The notes under the pieces were generated by a model that was given only the letters and a program-made list of their open reading frames with translations, did not search any database and was not told the DNA's origin. Position numbers and translations under genes: made by a program. Of a stretch of DNA of 64,000 nt, positions 9,401 to 16,960 are shown piece by piece; positions within the stretch are counted from its first letter, which is position 1, and every line of letters begins with the position of its first letter. Source of the stretch: Candidatus Binataceae bacterium (GTDB lineage: Bacteria; Desulfobacterota; Binatia; Binatales; Binataceae); assembly GCA_036489375.1 (NCBI GenBank), contig DASXFX010000116.1, positions 23,364 to 87,363 of the forward strand. Direction: 5' to 3'.

Positions 9401-10885
9401 GCGGATATTCTTTCCGTGAAAGGTGTAAACGAGGTCCTGGATGTACGGCCGATATACTTCCGCGAGGGACCGCACCATCACCGCGCTCTTGCAGATCTTG
9501 TCAACTTGCCGCTCGAATTTGCGCGCCGGCGCGGAATCCTCGCCCATCAAGGTGCGCGCGAGAACCGCCGTCTGCTTGAGCATTGCGGGAATCTGGTTGC
9601 TCACCAACTCGTAGGTATTCTGCGAGACCACGGTTGCGTCCAGATGCGGCGCGAGCTTGCCCATCGGCCCGCCGTGCAACCGATGTTCACGCCGATTCGA
9701 TAGACCCGTCAACTCGACTAGCCGGCGCATCGGAAAAGGATTTACGTCCGAAGTACAGAGCTGGTAGACCTGCTTGTGACGCTTCAACAGAAGCGCCGCG
9801 AGCACCGGAACTATCGCGTGCGCGGCCAGATCGACCGGTATGACATCCAATACCAACGCACCCGTCGCCGGAACAAAGCGGAAGCCGCGCCCAGTCAGGT
9901 AGGTGAGCGGCGCGCTCGTGTTTACCCCCTGGTTCCAACCGGGCATCGGATCGCCGAGCGAACTCTCGATGACCGAAGGGCGCACGACCGTTGCAGTTAT
10001 TTCGTTGTGCGCGGCAAATACTAACTGCTCGCCGAGACTCTTGGTGTAGCTATAGGTATTCGGCCATCCCCAGTTCTGCGCGCGCTCCTTCCCGATCTGT
10101 TTGAAACGATCTTCGAGCCACTGTTTGCGCCGCGATTCGACCGCACGATCGCTATGGTCACCGCTGCTGCCCTCGCCGTGCTCCCCATCGGCAGCGGCGC
10201 GAAACTCGGACTGGCGCGCATGGTCATGGGATTCCGCCTCGACTCGATCGAGGGCTGTCAGCGTATCGCGAATCTCGCGCTGCAGATTGAAGTCGCGTCG
10301 CCCGTTGGGGCACCAGTCGGTCGGAAAGTCGTCTTCGAAGCGTTGGCCGTCCGCGATCCCCGCGACATAGCAGGTCGAAACGTGCACCAGCGAGGCGCCG
10401 TGGGTGCGGCAGAATTCGATTACATTGGCGACCCCGGTGGTATTGATCGCGATCGCCTTTTCCAGCGACGCCTCGAAATTCACCAACCCCGCGCAGTGGA
10501 TGACCGCGTCAATCGGATCGAAATCGAGGCTCGCGTCGCTGCCAATCAGACCAGGCTCGCTGATATCGCCCGGCACTACCGTGACCCGCTCCTCCACGTG
10601 CCGATCGAACTGCGATCCCAGATGTTCACGCACCGGACTGAGCGCCGGCGAATCGAGAATCTCGTTGCGAAACCGCTGCAGGCTGGAGCGCTGGTCGCCA
10701 CGAATTAAAAGCAGGATTTTTCCAATTTCGGGATGCCGGCGCAGCAGGATCGACAGCAGTACCTTGCCGAGGAAGCCGGTGCCCCCCGTAATCAGGATGC
10801 GGCGATTTCGCAGCACCTCTTCAAGCGGCGGCAGCGTCATCGCGCCCGTTGCTTTGCGTGTGCGCACGCCGTTCTTATTGGGCAT
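6440..10885 (-). CDS. Multidomain lipid enzyme: fatty-acyl reductase (SDR-e) / acyl-AMP ligase / acyl carrier domain / 1-acyl-glycerol-3-phosphate acyltransferase (ElbD-like)
   Basis: Reductase: '[12 protein letters not shown]' and 'YSYTKSLGE' (YxxxK). Ligase: '[21 protein letters not shown]', '[10 protein letters not shown]', '[27 protein letters not shown]'. Carrier: '[11 protein letters not shown]'. Acyltransferase: 'VANHASHLD' (HX4D) and '[10 protein letters not shown]'. Approximate domain spans on the + coordinate: acyltransferase 6685-7183, carrier 7300-7528, ligase 7585-9223, reductase 9685-10804. Confidence 0.85.
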   Translation of the reverse strand: [1481 protein letters not shown]

Positions 10886-10922
10886 CGGTGCTACCCATCA
10901 TTGTGGCTATTCGGCGCCGGTC

Positions 10923-12563
10923 CTATTCAACGTCAGCAATGACTATTGGCGGCAAATGCAAGTAGGTGATCGAAGCGGAGCGTCCATGATCTGCTGTCGC
11001 CATCGCGATCGCTTCATCCAGTGTGTCCGCTGCCTCCCAGCCCATCCGCGCCGCAACCTGGGGTTCTTCGCAACCTGCCGCGATTACTCGTCCGACGTGT
11101 TGCCGCGCTGGCTCGCCCCAGTACCACATGTAAAACGGATGAACTCCGTGATACGCATTTCCATAGCGGTACATGTGAGTATAGGTGGGATTGCGCGCAA
11201 ACTCGGCCTCGAACATCTTTGAAAGTTGCACTGCGTCGGTGGTCTCTGCCAGACAGCGATGGAAGAACTCGATGTAACTGGGATGGTGCTCCGGATGGAA
11301 TTCGTCCCGCAGCGGATGACAAATGATCATCGTGCCGCCCGGCTTCACCAACGGCTTGTTGCGGTACATGTTAAATAGGTAACCAAGTCCCATGCACTGC
11401 ACGAGCACCGGATTCATTACCGAATTGACGTTGTACGGACAGATATATGGTACGCCGACGATTAGTATGTCCGACTGCCCTTTTACTGGTACTGCGTATT
11501 GCTGGAATACCCGCGCCAGCGCCTGGTGATGCACCGCTTCAGTCTCACCCGCCCAAACCCCCGTCATCCCGAACGGCGCGGCGTACTGATGAAGTGCTTG
11601 ACGGCGTAGATCATTCGAGAGGTTTCCCAGCGTCCAACGAAAGCCCTTCAATCGCAAGCGATCCCAGTCGTTGAAACTGTCCTCATTCTTCTGCAGGAAA
11701 TCGAGCATGCCGCCATACATCTGAGTGTTGACCGCGGTCTCGATCGAAAAGACATTGACTTGCTGATTGACTATTCGGCCCATGCGGTCGGCCGAGCTAT
11801 GCAGCGCCGAACGAGTCGGATCCATGTAAGAGTGACTATTGCGCAAGGTCGCTGGATTGTGATGATGGCGCAGGCTTTGGTAGGGCGCCAGGCCCACTGC
11901 CACCGACTTGTGACCGCCGTCCATCGGCACCAGGTTGATATTCAGGTAAATCAGCAGGTCGGATTCCGCTGCGCGCCGGGATAGCAATACTTCCTCGCCA
12001 TGAGCGGTCTTGCCCAGCATCGCAATCTCAGCCGGATTCTCGCCATCGAAGTTGTAGAGCCGATCCGGCCAGTATTGCTTGAACGCCCGCTCTCCGACGA
12101 TGCGGCGAATCTCAGTCTCCGTCATTCGCCGATGTAGCGCCGTCGCGATGATAAGGTGGACGTCGTCAACACCGTAGTCTGCCAGCGTCTGTAAAATCTG
12201 GTTGAGCAGCCGCTCGCGAATATCCGGCCGGCGCATCTGCGGCAGCGGCAGGCTCAGGTCGTCGATCGCAATCGTGACCCGCATGTTTGGATTGAGCTGC
12301 GCAAACAACGGGTCCGCGTTGAGCGGGTGCAGCAGCGCATAACGAATGGCAGTGTCGGGATCGGGCAACGCATCCAACGGCGGCGGCGGATAGATCACGC
12401 GCGTTCCCGCGGGCAGTTTCTGCAGCAGGAATTCGTCGCCGTACGGAATAAGCCGCGGTTCGGATTTGCGACTTAATGTCACCACCAAGTCGCGCCGCGC
12501 TCCGACCTCGTGCTTCAACTCGGCCGGTTTAAGTTCTTTGAGCTTAGCCTCGGGCCGCGCCAT
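10923..12563 (-). CDS. LarA-like (lactate racemase N-terminal / DUF2088) domain protein
   Basis: 'VTIAIDDLSLPLP', 'LIIATALHRRMTETEIRRIVGE' and 'PMDGGHKSVAVGLAPYQSLRHHHN' follow the LarA-family block pattern. I chose the ATG at 12563, preceded by GAGAGGA, over the track start at 12596. Confidence 0.7.
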   Translation of the reverse strand: MARPEAKLKELKPAELKHEVGARRDLVVTLSRKSEPRLIPYGDEFLLQKLPAGTRVIYPPPPLDALPDPDTAIRYALLHPLNADPLFAQLNPNMRVTIAIDDLSLPLPQMRRPDIRERLLNQILQTLADYGVDDVHLIIATALHRRMTETEIRRIVGERAFKQYWPDRLYNFDGENPAEIAMLGKTAHGEEVLLSRRAAESDLLIYLNINLVPMDGGHKSVAVGLAPYQSLRHHHNPATLRNSHSYMDPTRSALHSSADRMGRIVNQQVNVFSIETAVNTQMYGGMLDFLQKNEDSFNDWDRLRLKGFRWTLGNLSNDLRRQALHQYAAPFGMTGVWAGETEAVHHQALARVFQQYAVPVKGQSDILIVGVPYICPYNVNSVMNPVLVQCMGLGYLFNMYRNKPLVKPGGTMIICHPLRDEFHPEHHPSYIEFFHRCLAETTDAVQLSKMFEAEFARNPTYTHMYRYGNAYHGVHPFYMWYWGEPARQHVGRVIAAGCEEPQVAARMGWEAADTLDEAIAMATADHGRSASITYLHLPPIVIADVE

Positions 12564-13338
12564 TAGATTTCCTCTCTGACCATTCGCCGACGGCATCCGG
12601 CCCGATTCCTCCTGTCTTGCGCATGCCTGACGCCTTGTCGAAGCGCACGACCGGCCATTGCCGGCTGCGCGCGACCGCGAGTAGCCGCCGGTTCGGGTTC
12701 ACCGCTACCGGATGTCCCAGCGCCGCCAGGAACGGGAGATCGTAATGCGAGTCCGCGTAGCCCCACGACGCGCTCAGCGCAATCCGGTTGGCCGCCGCGT
12801 ACTCCACGCACCAGGCCGCCTTTGCCTCGCCCGCCATCACTGGTTCGCGCAGGCGGCCCGTCGCGAGACCGCGGCTATAGACCAACTCGTTTGCGGCGAA
12901 AGTCTTGATGCCGAGACGTTCTGCCAACGGCGCCACGATAAAGTCCGGCGATCCCGTCACTAGCACCGGTTCAAGGCCTGCTTCGCGATTTGCCGCCACC
13001 ATTTCGATCGCGCGCGGATACATGTTCGCCATCAGTATGCGGTCGCAATACTCCTCGCCCAACATCACCAATCGATCGCGCGAGATTCCCTTGAACATTT
13101 CGAAGAGGGTGACGTTCAGAAGATGGCGATCGCGCCGTTCCGCCAGGTAGAGCATCGGCAACCGCGTCGCCAGTCCCAGCACGTAGCTGACCCGCCCAGT
13201 CCATTCGCCAATGTTGGTGAAGGCGAAGAGCGTACCGTGCACCAGGTTCAGGCCCATCAGGGTGCCGTCGAGATCGTAAAACGCCGCGCCTTTAAGAGCA
13301 CGGCCATTACGTTTGTGATCGTGTTCGTAAACTGACAT
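12544..13338 (-). CDS. HAD-IB family hydrolase (phosphoserine-phosphatase-like)
   Basis: HAD motif I 'FYDLDGTL', motif II 'LVTGS', Lys in 'GEAKA', motif IV 'YADSHYDLP'. The stop overlaps the next gene's start by 20 nt. Confidence 0.8.
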   Translation of the reverse strand: MSVYEHDHKRNGRALKGAAFYDLDGTLMGLNLVHGTLFAFTNIGEWTGRVSYVLGLATRLPMLYLAERRDRHLLNVTLFEMFKGISRDRLVMLGEEYCDRILMANMYPRAIEMVAANREAGLEPVLVTGSPDFIVAPLAERLGIKTFAANELVYSRGLATGRLREPVMAGEAKAAWCVEYAAANRIALSASWGYADSHYDLPFLAALGHPVAVNPNRRLLAVARSRQWPVVRFDKASGMRKTGGIGPDAVGEWSERKSNGAARG

Positions 13339-13339
13339 G

Positions 13340-13999
13340 TCAGTCTAGTTTGGGCCCAATAAAATTGCTTCGTTCGGCCACCCCGCCTTCTTCCAGCAGC
13401 CCGGCCGCCGCCAGTAACTCCGGGCGCGCCACTCCGCGTAAACCAAAGTCCAATATCTCCTCCGCCAGCGCAGCCGCATTTCCGTGCCGATCGAGCGACA
13501 ATTTACCCACCGCTTCCTTCACGCCGCCCAGAATGCAGTACGATACTGCGCGCGTATCGCAGTGCCGGACCAATTTCATCTCAATCCCCAGATCGAGCGA
13601 TCGTTGGATCTGCTCGGCTACGCGTTCATAAAAATCCCGTATCCGTGCGTCAAGTTCCCGATCGAAGCCGGTCGAATGGTTAAGCAGAATATCCGTCAGC
13701 TCACGCTCCGCCAATACGAACGTCAACACTCGCGAGAGGTTGTCGCGCAATTGCTCGACCGGATTCGCTTCGCCCGGCCCGACTCGCAGGCGCTGGATCC
13801 GGTTACGCAGCTCGCGCAATGTCTGCTCTAGCAACTCCTCGAAGATGTCGCGCTTGTTCTGGAAATAGAGGTAGAAAGTACCGCGGGCGATGCGGGCGCG
13901 CGCAATAATATCGGCCACATTCGTGCGATGATAGCCCTTGCGGGCGAAGATTCGCTTGGCGTGACGTAAGACTTGCGCGCGTCGTTCTTGCCGTTCCAT
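13340..13999 (-). CDS. TetR/AcrR-family transcriptional regulator
   Basis: HTH 'RIFARKGYHRTNVADIIARARIARGTFYLYFQNKRDIFEEL'. I used the internal ATG (MERQERR...). The 95-aa N-terminal extension of track ORF 13340..14284 is Arg-rich and overlaps the upstream lipoprotein gene. Confidence 0.8.
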   Translation of the reverse strand: MERQERRAQVLRHAKRIFARKGYHRTNVADIIARARIARGTFYLYFQNKRDIFEELLEQTLRELRNRIQRLRVGPGEANPVEQLRDNLSRVLTFVLAERELTDILLNHSTGFDRELDARIRDFYERVAEQIQRSLDLGIEMKLVRHCDTRAVSYCILGGVKEAVGKLSLDRHGNAAALAEEILDFGLRGVARPELLAAAGLLEEGGVAERSNFIGPKLD

Positions 14000-14231
14000 A
14001 TTGCGTGTACTTTGCCGGACACTAATGGCGTCTGGATTCAGAGTCAAACCGCGAAATTCCTGCAAAACAATCGACAGTCGCCGTTGCCTATGAATGCCCT
14101 CGAATGCGAATCGGCGGGTAGTGATTTGCTCGTCGATTGCGAAGCCACTCGGAACCTTGGCGTCCCGCGGAGACTTCGCGCTCACAGCGGATAGTCTCCA
14201 ATCGCGACGAGCGTTCCATGCACCGGGCCGC

Positions 14232-14852
14232 CTATGGCTGTGACCCTTCCGGCTTCGTTGCCGTTGGCGTGGACTTCGCCGCAACCGCGGGCACCGCTGG
14301 CGATGCTACCGGCGGCGAGGGGCAGGGCGATGTAAAAGGAACAACCCCTACCAGCACGTTTTGCGAGAATCCTCCCACGGAAACGTTGAAGTACGTGCAC
14401 CCCGGTTGAACGCCAATCCACAATCCATTGCCTTGCGAACTATAACTGATGACGCCGGGAAAATTCGCGTTCGGCGCGATCGTGTTCCACTGCGTATTGT
14501 TGGCGTTGGTAATGTCCCGGTATTTCGGATTCGTGGTGTCGCTAGAGAAGCCGAAGATCCCCTGGGCCTGGAATTGCACCGTGTTGCTCCCGACCGCGGT
14601 CCCGACCGAGGTTGCCAGCGCGATCGGCGTGCAGATCGGAGTCGGCGTTGACGTCGGAACGATGCCGTTGGTCGCGGTCGGCTTGGGCGTCGGTATCGGC
14701 GGTGCGCCCGCGCACACGTTGAGCCCGATTAACGCTTCGAAAGAGACTGGCGTCGCGGTGCCTGAGCTCCCGCCGCCGCAACTCATAATCAGCGCCGCCG
14801 CCAGAAAGGACAGCACCGGCACCAGCACTAGACATCGTCGCCGCCAAATCAT
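14232..14852 (-). CDS. Hypothetical lipoprotein, Pro/Thr-rich linkers
   Basis: 'MIWRRRCLVLVPVLSFLAAALIMSCGGG' is a signal peptide with a lipobox-like Cys. No recognisable catalytic motif. The track start at 14891 is an alternative. Confidence 0.55.
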   Translation of the reverse strand: MIWRRRCLVLVPVLSFLAAALIMSCGGGSSGTATPVSFEALIGLNVCAGAPPIPTPKPTATNGIVPTSTPTPICTPIALATSVGTAVGSNTVQFQAQGIFGFSSDTTNPKYRDITNANNTQWNTIAPNANFPGVISYSSQGNGLWIGVQPGCTYFNVSVGGFSQNVLVGVVPFTSPCPSPPVASPAVPAVAAKSTPTATKPEGSQP

Positions 14853-14999
14853 TAAGCCTTGAACGATGACGGCGCATGTCGGCGTTGTCAAGCCAGCGGC
14901 GTCCGCGGTCCGGGCTCATCGACGGCTCCAGTGAGCGGTCTGCTTCTCGCCGAGCTGCGGAGAAACCGTCCCGGTGCTAAGGCATTGAAAGGAAAATAG

Positions 15000-15045
15000 A
15001 AAGGCGGGTCGCCAGGAGGGGGGAGTCTCCAAAGCGCCCGCCTTT
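15000..15045 (-). terminator. Terminator-like stem-loop in a divergent intergenic region
   Basis: AAAGGCGGG ...28 nt... CCCGCCTTT. On the minus strand it is followed by TTTCTATTTTCCTTTC, and on the plus strand by only TTTTGG. Confidence 0.35.
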
Positions 15046-15443
15046 TGGCCGCCCGTCTTGCGACGGACGGTCCCCGACTACAGGGAGGAGGAGTAACCGG
15101 GGGTGCTGCGTCTTACATAACATTCGACGGATCGTGCCGATGAATTATTCATTCTGTTCGAGGGCAAAGTTATTCGGCTCGCAAGTGCACGATCCGAATC
15201 ATTTTGTAAGTGCGTGAATCGAATGGATTTCCGGTTAAAATTCGCGATTGATAAGGCTTTTTGTGGTTACTCCGACGCAACTCTCGTCCGTCCGCAAACC
15301 GGATAAAAAGGACAACCTCCATGCTTGATGACACGGGGGCGCTTGCCGTGCGATCCTGAATCAGTGAGGTAGATAGTGTGTCTGTCGCAGAATGGAACAG
15401 TTGGATTTGTGGCGCCGACCGTGGCTTCGCTATTTGAACGCTT

Positions 15444-16460
15444 GTGAAACTATCTGTAATCGACCAATCGCCGGTGTCCGTCGGATTCACTCCTGCCGAC
15501 GCGCTGCGCAATACGATCGAGCTAGCCCGGCTGACCGATCGGCTCGGGTACCATCGCTACTGGATTGCCGAGCATCACGCGATTCCGGCACTCGCCAGTC
15601 CCGCGCCTGAAATCCTGATCGACCGTGTTGCCGCCGAGACCTCGACGATAAGGGTCGGCTCGGGTGCCGTACTGTTGCCCCATTATAGCCCGCTTAAGGT
15701 TGTCGAGACCTTCCGCGTTCTCCATGCGCTATACCCGGGCCGTATCGATCTCGGGCTCGGCCGCGCGCCCGGCGGCACTCCGCTGGACACCTACGCGCTG
15801 CGGCGCGATCGCGACCGCGAGCGTGACTTGGGCGATGACTTCCCGCGGCAACTGATTGAGCTGCTGACTTTCCTGCGTGGCGGGTTTCCGCCGGATCATC
15901 CATTCAGCCGGATTCATGTTTCGCCGGCTATGCCGGGGGCGCCCGACGTCTGGTTGCTAGGGTCGAGCCTGTGGAGCGCTTCGGCGGCAGCGCAGCTAGG
16001 ACTGCCTTACGCCTTCGCCCATTTCATCGATCAACTACCGACTCGTCCTGCTATCGAGCACTATCGCTCACACTTCATATCGTCCAATGGATCGAAGCCC
16101 GAGATCATCCTGGCGCTAGGAGTGATTTGCGCCGATACCGATGAGGAAGCGGAACGGCTCGCGGGTAGCGCGCGGCTCTTCCGCCGCCGGATCCGGCAAG
16201 GAGACGTGCGCGCGATACCTACGCCCGAGGAAGCGCTGGCGGAGCTGGGACCGCGCAATCTGGAAGCCGCGCCCGAGACGGGTGAGTTCCCGCGCTACGT
16301 TATAGGTGCGCCGGATCGGGTTCGTCCCCAACTTATCGATATGGGAAGCCAGCTTGGGGTTGACGAGATGATGATCGTGACGATCGTGCACGACCATCGC
16401 GCGCGGATGCATTCGTACGAGCTACTGGCCGAGGCCTTTGAACTCGCTCGGCGCGCTTAG
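15444..16460 (+). CDS. LLM-class flavin-dependent oxidoreductase (luciferase-like monooxygenase)
   Basis: 'LGYHRYWIAEHH', 'VGSGAVLLPHYSPLKVVETF' and 'IDLGLGRAPG' are typical of the luciferase-like family. GTG start. Confidence 0.85.
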   Translation: MKLSVIDQSPVSVGFTPADALRNTIELARLTDRLGYHRYWIAEHHAIPALASPAPEILIDRVAAETSTIRVGSGAVLLPHYSPLKVVETFRVLHALYPGRIDLGLGRAPGGTPLDTYALRRDRDRERDLGDDFPRQLIELLTFLRGGFPPDHPFSRIHVSPAMPGAPDVWLLGSSLWSASAAAQLGLPYAFAHFIDQLPTRPAIEHYRSHFISSNGSKPEIILALGVICADTDEEAERLAGSARLFRRRIRQGDVRAIPTPEEALAELGPRNLEAAPETGEFPRYVIGAPDRVRPQLIDMGSQLGVDEMMIVTIVHDHRARMHSYELLAEAFELARRA

Positions 16461-16654
16461 CTGCCGGGCGATCCGTCGGCCGCAGCACCGATCTGTTAGC
16501 TACTGAGCTGAGTGTCTGCCGCAGCACGGATGAATTCGCGAGCGCCAGTCGCAGAGGCGTTCGAGCGTACGCGGCGTGCTTAATCACGGGATCGCTGCGG
16601 TTACTGGTATCGATGCGGTTTACTCGTGATGAACAATTGGGTTCGACCGGTTGG

Positions 16655-16960
16655 CTCGTGATGGGGCAAATAAGTCTCGATCCATTGGCTCGGGCGAAAC
16701 CAACTGGCCTCCGATTTCGTTGTTAGTTATGGAAGCGGTTAGCTTCGGCTTATCGAATCGCGATTAAGCCGATTAGGCTCGAGATTTTGCAAGTCACGAA
16801 AGAAGTCAGCTTCAACGTATCGATTTGCGATTAAGGCCGGATGGCCTAAATTTCGTGGTTGGTTATTAAACCGTTCAGTCCGGACCGATTAACGCATTGT
16901 TAAGTCAGTTAGCCTCGCGTTGTTGACTAATTATGAAAGCAGTTAGCCTTGACTTAGACA
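16655..16960 (+). repeat. Degenerate tandem array, period about 67-69 bp, ending inside the start of the methyltransferase CDS
   Basis: Related units are anchored at about 16661, 16729, 16797, 16865 and 16933. Compare 'cgttgttagttATGGAAGCGGTTAGCTTCGG' (16718) with 'cgttgttgactaattATGAAAGCAGTTAGCCTTGA' (16918). A 'cgattaag' half-unit also recurs. Confidence 0.55.

Noticed and set aside
6434-11222. Several plus-strand ORFs (6434..7171, 7823..8335, 10154..10708, 10404..11222 and others) opposite the ElbD-like and LarA-like genes
   Set aside because: All lie antisense to frames with dense catalytic motifs. Their compositions are typical of shadow ORFs.
14105-14142. Apparent inverted repeat TGCGAATCG...CGATTGCGA upstream of the operon's TetR gene
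   Set aside because: On checking the complement, only 5 bp (AATCG/CGATT) actually pair. The rest is a direct, not inverted, similarity.
13999-14284. N-terminal extensions of track ORFs (13340..14284, and likewise 19531.., 21962.., 48726.., 55008.., 20511.., 20828..)
   Set aside because: The extensions are Arg/Pro/Ser-rich, lack homology-like blocks, and often overlap neighbouring genes. Internal starts with Shine-Dalgarno-like sequences give proteins of family-typical length.
15100-15140. 'GGGGGTGCTGCG...ATTCGACGG' resembling the 5' end of tmRNA
   Set aside because: There is no matching 3' tRNA-like end (no GGTTCGA-type T-arm or CCA-proximal acceptor complement) within ~400 nt on either strand. 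I treat it as a coincidental short match.
16655-16960. Possibility that the ~68-bp repeat array is a CRISPR array
   Set aside because: The units are degenerate with no alternation of conserved repeats and unique spacers. There are no cas genes, and the last unit is part of a coding start.
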